A stretch of DNA of 64,000 nucleotides from an uncultured Candidatus Saccharibacteria bacterium (GTDB lineage Bacteria > Patescibacteriota > Saccharimonadia > Saccharimonadales > UBA4665). This document shows, in pieces, positions 1 to 8,787 of this stretch. The notes below the pieces were generated by a model. That model was not told where the DNA came from, made no database searches, and saw only the letters and a program-made list of their open reading frames with translations. The stretch lies in NCBI GenBank assembly GCA_964508535.1, contig CAZDTZ010000001.1, positions 25,786 through 89,785 of the forward strand, read 5' to 3'. Position numbers and translations under genes: made by a program. Each line of letters starts with the position of its first letter. Position 1 is the stretch's first letter.

Positions 1-86
1 TGACCGGCTTTTGGACGCCTGATTTTATCTTGCACCTCGGCGTTTTGGCCTTCTTGGCATATTACGCCTGCATGGAGACTGACTAA
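1..86 (+). CDS. 3' end of an upstream gene (partial, enters from left edge); hydrophobic C-terminus
   Basis: Frame 3 is open from the window edge to TAA at 84-86 (..TGFWTPDFILHLGVLAFLAYYACMETD*). A hairpin plus T-tract follows at 134-162. Confidence 0.25.
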   Translation, partial: TGFWTPDFILHLGVLAFLAYYACMETD

Positions 87-133
87 CCCTAGCGCTTGAG
101 ACCCTCTCCGTCATTCCCGCGCAGCCGAATAGA

Positions 134-162
134 ATGTCCAAATTTGGACATCTTTTTATTTT
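134..162 (+). terminator. Putative intrinsic terminator / 18-bp perfect palindrome
   Basis: ATGTCCAAATTTGGACAT (134-151) is a perfect palindrome, followed directly by CTTTTTATTTT. Confidence 0.4.
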
Positions 163-195
163 GTCCTTTGACGCAAGATAGAATAAAATCCTGGC

Positions 196-597
196 ATGAA
201 TCGAAAAACGAAAGGCTCTGTCATTATCCCCGCAGGCGTCAACGTCTGGGAACATGAGTTGAAAACCGCTCGAGTTTTAGCCGACTACGGCTATACTGTT
301 TGCTTTATAGCTAAAGACAATGGTCACAAGATTAAATCAGCGGACATTCTTATTGATGGCGTTCCGTACGAAATCAAGTCGCCCACAACGAGCAAACTCT
401 CGGCGATCGAGCGTAATCTAAAGCGTGCCTATCATCAATCAGTAAATATCGTTATTGATTCTCGTCGCATGAAACGCCTACCGGATAAGTCCATTCAGAA
501 AGAGCTTGTCAAGCAGTTTGTACTCACGAAGAGCATAAGGCAAATATTGTTTGTAAATCGTAAACGCGGAGTCATTGATATTAGCAGCCTAGTTTGA
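196..597 (+). CDS. Small PD-(D/E)xK-type nuclease-like protein (resembles stand-alone CdiA-CT/tRNase-like toxin domains)
   Basis: 133-aa ORF with E19/E21 and D50..E59-x-K61 (SADILIDGVPYEIKS), a spacing typical of restriction-endonuclease-fold nucleases. It looks more AT-rich than its neighbours by eye. Confidence 0.45.
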   Translation: MNRKTKGSVIIPAGVNVWEHELKTARVLADYGYTVCFIAKDNGHKIKSADILIDGVPYEIKSPTTSKLSAIERNLKRAYHQSVNIVIDSRRMKRLPDKSIQKELVKQFVLTKSIRQILFVNRKRGVIDISSLV

Positions 598-806
598 TAT
601 GATGTGAGCACTGAAGCCAAGCACGGAGCAGGATGTTCCTACCGCAAGGCTTCTTTTATTTTAGTAGAATAGTAGAAGCCTTATCAATCGCCAATCCTCT
701 CCATAGAACCTCTTCAGGATTTACTCTAACTGTAAAGAACGATACCATCCATGTTTGATGCAATAATTAAAACGAGTGTTTTTATAGTCATCCTTGAACT
801 AAATGT

Positions 807-1526
807 TTATTCCGTTACGGTGAAGTCGCCGGTTATGTTTGCTTCTTTGCTGTCGTGGAATTGGTAAGTGCCTAGCTCGGTAAGCCGCATTGGTGTATCG
901 TGGCGTCCGTAGGCGGTCATGCTGCTTTCGCCGGCGTACATTGCGGGCTTATTGTCAGTACGCGCGCCAAAATCTATCTTACGCGTAGTGGCGTCGTGGT
1001 TCATGAACGTGAGTGTATCGCATACATGGGCGTCGACATGTGCAGGCGTAGCCACGTTGTCCATGAGCATTATCTCGTGGTTCTTGCCTGTTCCTGCGGG
1101 GCACGTGCCGGCCTGCTTGTCGCTCACCTGATACAAAGCTTCGTCTGCAGTTATTTTATTCGTCACCTCCATGCCGGCCATATTGTATTGCAGGTGCTTC
1201 ATAATCCACAGCGAGCCTCCTACTACGAGGAAAATAATGCTGATTGTCGACAGAAGAAATAGCGTGTTCCAATGCGGTTTTTTCTCTCTGCCCAAATGCA
1301 AGAAGAAGACTACCTGTACCGTCATCTGCAGTACGGCAAACACGAAGATAGTCGCCATGATCCCGGTCTTATTAAAAGTCTTGTGTACGACCAAATAGTA
1401 TGGGATGAGCGTAAATACCAAGGACAGGATAAATCCAGTCACATAGGACGTCATTGTCCCGTGGTGTTCGGAGTGTTCGGGCTGAGCGCCAGGTTTGTCA
1501 GATTTTTGGGTAGGATTACTGCTCAT
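807..1526 (-). CDS. cyoD: Cytochrome bo3 quinol oxidase subunit IV fused to a C-terminal cupredoxin-like domain
   Basis: The N-terminus HGTMTSYVTGFILSLVFTLIPYYLV plus 3 TM helices matches CyoD. It is the last gene of the cyoABC operon with a 4-nt overlap. An extra ~120 aa has a cupredoxin-like strand pattern (DTLTFMNHD .. GTYQFHD .. GDFTV). Confidence 0.75.
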   Translation of the reverse strand: MSSNPTQKSDKPGAQPEHSEHHGTMTSYVTGFILSLVFTLIPYYLVVHKTFNKTGIMATIFVFAVLQMTVQVVFFLHLGREKKPHWNTLFLLSTISIIFLVVGGSLWIMKHLQYNMAGMEVTNKITADEALYQVSDKQAGTCPAGTGKNHEIMLMDNVATPAHVDAHVCDTLTFMNHDATTRKIDFGARTDNKPAMYAGESSMTAYGRHDTPMRLTELGTYQFHDSKEANITGDFTVTE

Positions 1527-2146
1527 ACGAATGCCATTAAATATACTACGGTGAAGATGAAGATCCAGACAATATCAAGGAAGTGCCAGAAAAGGCTCAG
1601 CAGCGAAAGCTTGCGCACTAAGTGCGAGTCAAGCCCGCGTTTCCATATGAACACCAGCGTAGTCCCCATCCAGAGTAAGCCAGAGGTAATGTGTGCTCCG
1701 TGCGTACCAACAAGCACAAAAAACGATGAGAGCGAGGCGTTGCTGCGCCAGGTGTGGCCTTCATGCACGAATGCAGTAAATTCTTTTAATTCCAAGAACA
1801 AGAAAGCGACACCCAATAGGAATGTAATCCCGAACCACGTGAGCACTTGGTTTTTACTGCCCCGGCGTGCAGCCAGCATGCCGAGCCCGGCAGTAAAACT
1901 GCTGGTAAGCAAGATGAGTGTTTCGGCCAAAACTCCCGGTAATTTGAAAAGTTCACTGCCCGTAGGGCCGCCAGCGGTGTTGTTACGCAATACGGAAAAT
2001 GTCGCAAACAGCACGGAGAACATCAACAGGTCGGTCATCAGGTAGACCCAAAAGCCGAACCCTACTCTATCGTCGGATGCTGCTTCGTGGCTTTCTTCTA
2101 ACGTAGACTCAGCTGTTTCCATGCGTCCTCCGTTTGATCCCGACAA
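1523..2146 (-). CDS. cyoC: Cytochrome bo3 quinol oxidase subunit III
   Basis: 5-TM heme-copper oxidase subunit III-like sequence located between cyoB and cyoD. The true start may be the internal Met at 2122. Confidence 0.9.
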   Translation of the reverse strand: MSGSNGGRMETAESTLEESHEAASDDRVGFGFWVYLMTDLLMFSVLFATFSVLRNNTAGGPTGSELFKLPGVLAETLILLTSSFTAGLGMLAARRGSKNQVLTWFGITFLLGVAFLFLELKEFTAFVHEGHTWRSNASLSSFFVLVGTHGAHITSGLLWMGTTLVFIWKRGLDSHLVRKLSLLSLFWHFLDIVWIFIFTVVYLMAFV

Positions 2147-4211
2147 GCCCCAAGGCCCAAGCCAAAGCGATCTTGATAAATTCCCATAGGCTCATCTCTT
2201 CGCCTGCTTCCGGAACCTTTGCGCGGTCGGCCTTTGCACGGTCTTGCTCAAGTTTTTCAATTTCCTTAGCGGTAATCGTATATTCTAATTTGTCGTTAAA
2301 GGTACGGGCAATGAAGCACACGATGACACCCACTATGCCGCCTACAGCCAGCCAGTTAATGTGCCAGACCAAAGCAAAGCAAGTGGCGAACGCACAGGCG
2401 GCTATATAAATGCCCGAGGCGGTGTTGTAAGGCACGCGGATATCTTCATATTTTTGCTCAGGAAAGCCATTTTTCTTAAACTCGACCAGCGGGTCCCGAG
2501 TCGTAATGGTTGGGATAACCGCCATGTTGTACGATGGCGGCGGGCTCGCTGTGGCCCACTCTAACGTGCGGCCATCCCAAGGGTCGCCGGTAGTATCTAC
2601 TAATTGGCGTTTTTGTATAACGCTGGCGATGACTTGGACAATCTGCAGGGCAACACCCACCGCAATAATGAGCCCGCCGATAAACATCATGATATAAAAC
2701 GGTTGCCAACCGGTAGATGGATCGTAATGATCAAGCCTTCTGGTCGCACCCATAATACCGAGTATGTACATGGGGATAAATGACAGGCAGAAGCCAACGA
2801 TCCAACACCAGAATGCCTGCCGGCCGATTCGTTCATTGAGCTTAAATCCGGAAAACTTAGGGAACCAATAGTTGATGCCGGCGAAAATACCAAACAATAC
2901 ACCGCCAATCACATTGGAGTGGAAATGCGCTACCAAGAACAAGCTGTTATGGAGCTGAAAATCTGCTGGCGGAACGGCCAACACCACACCTGATATACCG
3001 CCAATTGCAAATATGCCCACAAAACCAAGGAACCACATCATCGGCAGAGTGATTTTAATCCGCCCTTTGTACATCGTCGCAATCCAGCCAAACATCAACA
3101 CCGACGTCGGTATCGCAATAACCATCGTCATGACCCCGAAGAAGGCATTTACATCTGCGCCTGCGCCCATCGTAAAGAAGTGGTGTAGCCACACCGAGAG
3201 CGCAAACAGCGTTACGCCGAACAGAGCGATTACTTGTGAGGTGTAGCTGGCGATCGCCTTCCGGCTGTACGTGGCAACAACCTCCGAGAATATGCCGAAC
3301 GCAGGCAGCACCAAGATGTACACTTCGGGGTGCCCCCACATCCAAATGAGGTTGGTATACATCATGGCATTGCCGCCCAGCGTAGTCGTAAAGAAATGCA
3401 TGCCAAAATAACGATCAAAAAACATCAAGAACAGCGTCGCCGTAAGCAGCGGAAACACCGCGACAACCATAATCATGCTGCACAAACTGCCCCAAGTGAA
3501 CATCGGCATCTTCCATAAGGTCATGCCAGGCGCACGCATCTTGAGTATGGTCATGATAAAGTTGATGCCGGCCAGCGTCGTCCCGATACCCGAAATTTGC
3601 AAACTCCATATCCAATAATCCACCCCAACCCCTGGGCTAAACTGGATGCCACTCAAAGGTGCAACGGCTAGCCAGCCAGTGGCAGCATATTCACCACCCA
3701 GGCCAAAAAACATGTTAACCATCAAAACACCGCCCGCATACAGCCAAAAGCCCAGCGTGTTTAAGAAAGGCGACGCCAGGTCGCGCGCGCCAATTTGCAG
3801 CGGCACAATATAGTTGATGAGCCCAAACACAAACCCCATGGCGACAAAGAAGACCATGATGTTGCCATGGGCCGTAAATATCTGTTGGAAGTGATCGGCC
3901 GAGAGGTATCCATGCGTCGCGCCAAGTACCGCAGTACTCGGTGCGAGTGCCTGCTGCAACCACACCATAAGGGCATCCAGCCCACCACGTATCAGCATAA
4001 ATCCGGCCACAATAAAGTACATGATGCCGATTCGTTTTGGGTCAACCGAAGTCAGCCATTCACCCCACAGCCACTTCCACCCCTTGATGCGGACAAGTAT
4101 GGCCATCGCCGCGATGGGGAGCAGAATAAAGCCTATCGTTCCGCCAATCGTAAACCATTCGTGCGGCAAGGATTGCTCGGTCAGTTTGCCTAGTAGAAAC
4201 TCTTTCATCAA
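2109..4211 (-). CDS. cyoB: Cytochrome bo3 quinol oxidase subunit I (heme-copper oxidase catalytic subunit)
   Basis: 700 aa with WMWGHPEVYILVLPAFG, HHFFTMG and HFHSNVIGG motifs typical of HCO subunit I. Confidence 0.95.
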   Translation of the reverse strand: MMKEFLLGKLTEQSLPHEWFTIGGTIGFILLPIAAMAILVRIKGWKWLWGEWLTSVDPKRIGIMYFIVAGFMLIRGGLDALMVWLQQALAPSTAVLGATHGYLSADHFQQIFTAHGNIMVFFVAMGFVFGLINYIVPLQIGARDLASPFLNTLGFWLYAGGVLMVNMFFGLGGEYAATGWLAVAPLSGIQFSPGVGVDYWIWSLQISGIGTTLAGINFIMTILKMRAPGMTLWKMPMFTWGSLCSMIMVVAVFPLLTATLFLMFFDRYFGMHFFTTTLGGNAMMYTNLIWMWGHPEVYILVLPAFGIFSEVVATYSRKAIASYTSQVIALFGVTLFALSVWLHHFFTMGAGADVNAFFGVMTMVIAIPTSVLMFGWIATMYKGRIKITLPMMWFLGFVGIFAIGGISGVVLAVPPADFQLHNSLFLVAHFHSNVIGGVLFGIFAGINYWFPKFSGFKLNERIGRQAFWCWIVGFCLSFIPMYILGIMGATRRLDHYDPSTGWQPFYIMMFIGGLIIAVGVALQIVQVIASVIQKRQLVDTTGDPWDGRTLEWATASPPPSYNMAVIPTITTRDPLVEFKKNGFPEQKYEDIRVPYNTASGIYIAACAFATCFALVWHINWLAVGGIVGVIVCFIARTFNDKLEYTITAKEIEKLEQDRAKADRAKVPEAGEEMSLWEFIKIALAWALGLVGIKRRTHGNS

Positions 4212-5131
4212 TGCTTTCCCATATCCATCATCTGCGTATTGCTACTGTTACCCATCGACGACATGTATTTCATTAGTACTTTATCATACAGACTGGGGTC
4301 TACGCCGGCATAAAAAACAACCGGGTTATTCTGGCTGGGTTTGAGCAATTTTTGATATTCCACCTCGTTCAACGTCTTGCCAGATAGCTTCACATCGTTT
4401 ACCCAAAAATCGAATGCGTACTTCGGGCTAACTCGAGCGGTAAACTTCATATCGGCAAAACCGGAGCCGTTTATTTCGGCCGAGCTGCCGGTATAGTCCC
4501 CTTGCATGTCGCCCACGAGATTGAGCTGATTCTGGTGACCGGTCATCGAATACAGCTGCCCACCGAGGTTAGGAATCCAGAACGAACTCATCGGCGCTTC
4601 ATCAGCGGTCAGCATAAATGTTACTGGCGTGTGTTCTGGAATCTGCACAAAATTAACGGTGGCAATGTGTTGCTCGGGGTAAATAAATACCCACTTCCAG
4701 CGCATTGAAACAACTTGAATGGTGATTGGCTTGGCGCCTGGATCAATGACGCGCTTGGGGTCAAGTTTGTGGGCGGCGGGCCACATAATCAGCGCCAGAA
4801 CTAGCGCAAACAGACTTGGAATTAGCCATATACTCGAAACAAGCATTCGACCACCCCGCACCTTGGTGCGTGATGGTTTAACGTTCGATTCCCGATATTT
4901 CCAGGCGATAAAATATATGAGAAACAGTGCAGGAATACCGATGACCAACAGTATAGCCACGACACGGATTATGAGCCCACGCTGCTCATTGGCGATCATC
5001 CCTCTAGAGTCAAACAGGGCGACATTGTTGCCATGCATCAGCGCCGTAATCAGCACCGTAAGGCCAGCCAGCCCCAACGCAACGCGCAATGCGATGCTGC
5101 CGACGCTCGTTTGTTTTCTATGTTTTGCCAT
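4208..5131 (-). CDS. cyoA: Cytochrome bo3 quinol oxidase subunit II
   Basis: Two N-terminal TM helices plus a cupredoxin domain lacking CuA ligands (quinol-oxidase type). 4-nt overlap with cyoB. Confidence 0.9.
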   Translation of the reverse strand: MAKHRKQTSVGSIALRVALGLAGLTVLITALMHGNNVALFDSRGMIANEQRGLIIRVVAILLVIGIPALFLIYFIAWKYRESNVKPSRTKVRGGRMLVSSIWLIPSLFALVLALIMWPAAHKLDPKRVIDPGAKPITIQVVSMRWKWVFIYPEQHIATVNFVQIPEHTPVTFMLTADEAPMSSFWIPNLGGQLYSMTGHQNQLNLVGDMQGDYTGSSAEINGSGFADMKFTARVSPKYAFDFWVNDVKLSGKTLNEVEYQKLLKPSQNNPVVFYAGVDPSLYDKVLMKYMSSMGNSSNTQMMDMGKH

Positions 5132-5292
5132 TAACCGTTACCCTCTCAGGAATGACTATACTCATCATAAAAACTATAGCAGGTTAGCCGGTGCCACGTC
5201 TATTATGAGCTACCCCGACCTTCTGCGCATTGCAGCCTCCAGATCCACCGCGCTGTGCTTGCTGATGCGGCCTACACCATACCGCCCACCGC

Positions 5293-5703
5293 TCAGAAGC
5301 TAGGCACGAGCTTCGCAGAAGTTGCCTGACTTGCCAGCTTCTGGTCAAATGTCCACAATGGTTTTGCGTTATTGAGTTCTGCGTATTTGGCAAGGCAGCA
5401 ATCTTCGAAAGATAGTGCTGGATGCTTGGTAAAGAGCGGGAGCGCGGCGACGAACAACCCTCGATTACAATTAATCTCATGAAGGGACATCACCCCCTCT
5501 ATCGCTTCGGCAATCTGTGCACGTGTAAATTCATAATGCCGTTCCAGCACAAAGGTCACCTCGATAATAGCCGTGTCGGCTACGGCGAATTGCCCATCTG
5601 CATCCCGTAGTAATTTTGTAGCAGCCATATTTTGGTCAGGCACATCATTAAGCAAAAGTCGTAAAAGTACGTTTGCGTCGAGAGAACCAGAAAGCATCGT
5701 CAT
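5293..5703 (-). CDS. vapC: PIN-domain toxin (VapC family)
   Basis: 136 aa with an N-terminal LDANVLLRLLL motif and PIN acidic residues. It sits 6 nt after an AbrB-type antitoxin gene. Confidence 0.85.
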   Translation of the reverse strand: MTMLSGSLDANVLLRLLLNDVPDQNMAATKLLRDADGQFAVADTAIIEVTFVLERHYEFTRAQIAEAIEGVMSLHEINCNRGLFVAALPLFTKHPALSFEDCCLAKYAELNNAKPLWTFDQKLASQATSAKLVPSF

Positions 5704-5709
5704 GCAGAG

Positions 5710-5958
5710 CTACATCTTTCGGTTCGTCTGATAATATTCGTCAACATTTGTGACCGGCTTTGTGCCAGGTTTAATATGTCGACTTATTTGCGCACTAAGC
5801 TCCGTTACACTCATTGGCTTTGAAATAATAAGCTCGCCCTTACGTTCATTAAAGCTTACTTGTAATACACCTCCATTCTTATCTAGCCCTAGCTTGCGCC
5901 GCATAGGCGCAGGTAGAGTTGTTTGGCCTTTGCTGGTGATAGTAATTGTGTTCCTCAT
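5710..5958 (-). CDS. vapB: AbrB/MazE/SpoVT-type antitoxin (VapB-like)
   Basis: 82 aa; ITSKGQTTLPAPMRRKLGL is the swapped-hairpin AbrB motif. Confidence 0.8.
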   Translation of the reverse strand: MRNTITITSKGQTTLPAPMRRKLGLDKNGGVLQVSFNERKGELIISKPMSVTELSAQISRHIKPGTKPVTNVDEYYQTNRKM

Positions 5959-5959
5959 G

Positions 5960-6003
5960 TCATTACTATATCAATCGCTCATTACAAAAACAATATGTAA
6001 TGA
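5960..6003. promoter_or_regulatory. Heptamer repeats TCATTAC (x2 direct, x1 inverted) just upstream of vapB; candidate antitoxin operator
   Basis: TCATTAC at 5960-5966 and 5979-5985; GTAATGA at 5997-6003. Confidence 0.3.
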
Positions 6004-6181
6004 ATCATGCCAGCGATTCACTATCCCCGGCCGTAAGCTATACTGAAGGTATGGCGAGCAGGCGTACCGAACAGCAATGTGCCCATAGTAGGCCAATAAA
6101 CCAAAGCGAACTTATTCATAGATACAGGAGTACTTGTTAGTTGACGCAGCAAAGTAGGCCGCGGCCATAAGTGCTATAGTA

Positions 6182-7054
6182 ATGATCATGACGACCACGA
6201 CGCTTAAAACGTATTATCAGTTGACCAAGCCAGGTATTATTTACGGCAATGCAGTGACTGCGGCCGGTGGCTTCTTTTTGGCGTCGCGGTACCACATTAA
6301 TTTGCTCCTATTGGTTGAGGCACTGATCGGTATCTCACTGGTCATCGCTGCTGGCTGCGTGTTTAACAACTATATCGACCGCGGCATTGATAAAAAAATG
6401 GCGCGGACGAAGAAACGCGCGTTGGTCTCTGGCACGATTTCGGGGCGAAGTGCCCTTATATACGCGACCGTTCTCGCGCTTGCCGGCTTTAGCGTGCTGA
6501 CGGCCTACACCAACTTCGTGACTGTTTGCCTTGGCATTATTGGGCTGGTGGATTATGTCGTGTTGTACGGTTTCTACAAGCGACGGACGGTGTATGGGAC
6601 GTTGGTGGGGAGCATTTCGGGCTCAACACCATTAGTGGCTGGTTATACGGCTGTCACGGGGCATTTTGATGCGGCTGCACTGATTCTCTTTTTGACGCTC
6701 GCCTTTTGGCAAATGGCACATTTTTATGGCATTGCCATGTACCGGCACGACGATTACGCCGCTGCACATATCCCAGTGTTGCCGGTGATAAAAGGCATGC
6801 GCCAAACAAAAATACAGGTGCTTGCATACATTGTCGCCTTTACGCTGGCGGCTGCCTCGCTCACCGTGTTTGGCTATACCGGGCACATCTATGTCGTGGT
6901 TATGAGTGCGCTGGGGTTGATTTGGTTTGTTCGCAGTCTGCGCACTTTCCGTACAGTCGACGACAAAAAATGGGGGCGCAAGGTATTCCTCTTCTCGCTG
7001 ATTACAAACCTCGGCTTCTCGGCAATGATCGCTATAGGTGCGCGATTACTATAA
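6182..7054 (+). CDS. cyoE: Protoheme IX farnesyltransferase (heme O synthase)
   Basis: 290 aa UbiA-family polytopic protein (YQLTKPGIIYGN .. NNYIDRGIDKKMARTKKR), divergent from the cyo operon. Confidence 0.9.
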   Translation: MIMTTTTLKTYYQLTKPGIIYGNAVTAAGGFFLASRYHINLLLLVEALIGISLVIAAGCVFNNYIDRGIDKKMARTKKRALVSGTISGRSALIYATVLALAGFSVLTAYTNFVTVCLGIIGLVDYVVLYGFYKRRTVYGTLVGSISGSTPLVAGYTAVTGHFDAAALILFLTLAFWQMAHFYGIAMYRHDDYAAAHIPVLPVIKGMRQTKIQVLAYIVAFTLAAASLTVFGYTGHIYVVVMSALGLIWFVRSLRTFRTVDDKKWGRKVFLFSLITNLGFSAMIAIGARLL

Positions 7055-7072
7055 GCGTAGTACAATACTAGT

Positions 7073-7333
7073 ATGTTACTCATATCTCACATCATTATTG
7101 CGCTCAGCAGCATTGTTTATTCCACCTTTCTATTCTTTGTGCCCACGAAGCGCAACCTGCGCATAAGCTACGGCTTGGTAGGTCTAACATTGACCAGTGG
7201 CACATTGTTGGTGGTGGTATCGGGCGCACGTATCTTGCAAACTTGCACAACCGGCCTTATGTATCTTGGCATTGTTTCAATCGGTATGGTCTATGCTCAT
7301 TATGAGCTTGCCCACGCTAAAGCTAAAGACTAA
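7073..7333 (+). CDS. Small membrane protein (about 3 TM helices), unknown function
   Basis: 86-aa hydrophobic ORF 18 nt after cyoE. Confidence 0.5.
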   Translation: MLLISHIIIALSSIVYSTFLFFVPTKRNLRISYGLVGLTLTSGTLLVVVSGARILQTCTTGLMYLGIVSIGMVYAHYELAHAKAKD

Positions 7334-7341
7334 ACTTTGCT

Positions 7342-7461
7342 GGCACGACTGAGCTTACTCCATTTTGGAGACTAAAAGCGTAGTGCAGCCGGAACCTTTT
7401 TCTCACAGAGAAAAAATCCCGCGCGTAATGGTCTCCAAAATGGAGTAAGCTCAGTCGTGCC
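7342..7461. repeat. 31-bp perfect inverted repeat with 58-nt spacer containing a nested hairpin
   Basis: GGCACGACTGAGCTTACTCCATTTTGGAGAC (7342-7372) is the exact reverse complement of 7431-7461. The spacer contains TTTTTCTC-ACA-GAGAAAAA. Confidence 0.9.
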
Positions 7462-7533
7462 TCAGGTTAGCTTGCGCTGCAGGTATGGATAGCTATATGC
7501 TAAAGCTATATAACTAAGGGTAAAGGGGAAAAC

Positions 7534-8109
7534 ATGGGCGCTCTGGATAAACTTGAATCACAGCTCGACGTATTACTAAACAAAAAAGCACCAGTACAAT
7601 TGCCAGCAAATGGTCGTAAGGGCTTGGCAAATGCTATGTGGTGGATTGCATTAGTCATTGGCCTGTTGGATCTGTGGAACGCGGCTATTTTTTGGCAGGC
7701 TGGTCATATTGTCGACCGCAGCGTTGACGTCGTCAATAATCTTTCAGCATATTATGGCGGCCCAGCAGTCGTTGCAGCCGCACCACACCTCGGTTTGTTT
7801 TACTACCTGTCACTGTTAGTTATGGCAGCAGTTGGCGTTTTGCTATTAGTCGCGACCCCGGGGCTCAAGGCGATGAAAAAGGCTGGCTGGAACTACGTGT
7901 TCTACGCTGCCGTTATCGAAGCCGCTGTTGCTGTCCTGCGTCTATTCTCTGGCGTCGACGGCGGACTTTTCGCATTTATTGGTGCGGCAATCGGTGCAGT
8001 GCTTGGCGCATACTTCTTGTTCCAGGTGCGTGACTACTTCACTGGCGCAAAATCGAGCGTCGAGACAACGACATCTCACGACCACAAAACCGCCAAAGAA
8101 GCGAAATAG
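7534..8109 (+). CDS. Membrane protein, unknown function
   Basis: 191 aa with about 4 TM helices; GGGGAAAAC lies upstream of the ATG. Confidence 0.6.
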   Translation: MGALDKLESQLDVLLNKKAPVQLPANGRKGLANAMWWIALVIGLLDLWNAAIFWQAGHIVDRSVDVVNNLSAYYGGPAVVAAAPHLGLFYYLSLLVMAAVGVLLLVATPGLKAMKKAGWNYVFYAAVIEAAVAVLRLFSGVDGGLFAFIGAAIGAVLGAYFLFQVRDYFTGAKSSVETTTSHDHKTAKEAK

Positions 8110-8112
8110 CTG

Positions 8113-8787
8113 CTATTTATTCTTGACTAGTTTGCCGTCTTGAAGGCGGAAGGTCATGTCGGTTCGGCCGGCGATGGACAGGTCGTGGGTAACGGCCACA
8201 ATCGTGGTGTTCTCTGACCGGCTGAGGTCGTGCAGTAGGTCGAAGATCATTTTGCCGGTTTGTTCGTCCAGATTACCGGTTGGTTCGTCTGCCAAGATGA
8301 GTTTGGGCTTGTTGGCGAGCGCTCGAGCAATAGCCACGCGCTGCTGTTCGCCACCGCTCAGGCGGCCCGGCTTACGGTTTTGCTTGGCGCCTTCCAGGCC
8401 TACTTGATTGAGTAAGTGCGCTGCGCGTGCCTTGCGCTCGCTGGGTGACAGTCCGCTAAACTCCATAGGCAGCATGACATTTTCAATGGCCGTGAGATTG
8501 GGGATCAGGTTGTAGTTTTGGAATACGAAGCCAATTGTGTTGCAGCGGTATTTGATGAGGGCGTGGTCGTGCATATTCTTGAGGCTTTTGTCGTCGACGA
8601 CGATGTCCCCCTTGGTTGGCTTGTCTAGTGCGCCGAGCATGCAGAGTAGCGTTGATTTGCCGCTGCCGCTCCGCCCGACGATACTGGCAAACTTGCCTTG
8701 TGGCACCTGGAAGGTTACGTCATTGACCGCAGTAACGGTGTTGTCTCCGCTTGTAAAGCTTTTGGTAACGTGCTGTACATCTAACAT
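8113..8787 (-). CDS. ABC transporter ATP-binding protein (MacB/LolD/FtsE-like)
   Basis: Walker A GRSGSGKST, signature LSGGEQQR, Walker B LILADEPT. Confidence 0.9.
   Translation of the reverse strand: MLDVQHVTKSFTSGDNTVTAVNDVTFQVPQGKFASIVGRSGSGKSTLLCMLGALDKPTKGDIVVDDKSLKNMHDHALIKYRCNTIGFVFQNYNLIPNLTAIENVMLPMEFSGLSPSERKARAAHLLNQVGLEGAKQNRKPGRLSGGEQQRVAIARALANKPKLILADEPTGNLDEQTGKMIFDLLHDLSRSENTTIVAVTHDLSIAGRTDMTFRLQDGKLVKNK

Noticed and set aside
1272-2045. 257-aa ORF on the plus strand, with several other 60-250-aa ORFs of the same kind (for example 8845-9588, 27113-27679, 28500-29066, 45783-46175)
   Set aside because: They lie antisense to, and fully inside, well-supported genes (cyoC/D, the ABC permease, pilins, cheA). 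Their compositions are low-complexity Ser/Arg/Ala-rich and they have no start context. They are shadow ORFs.
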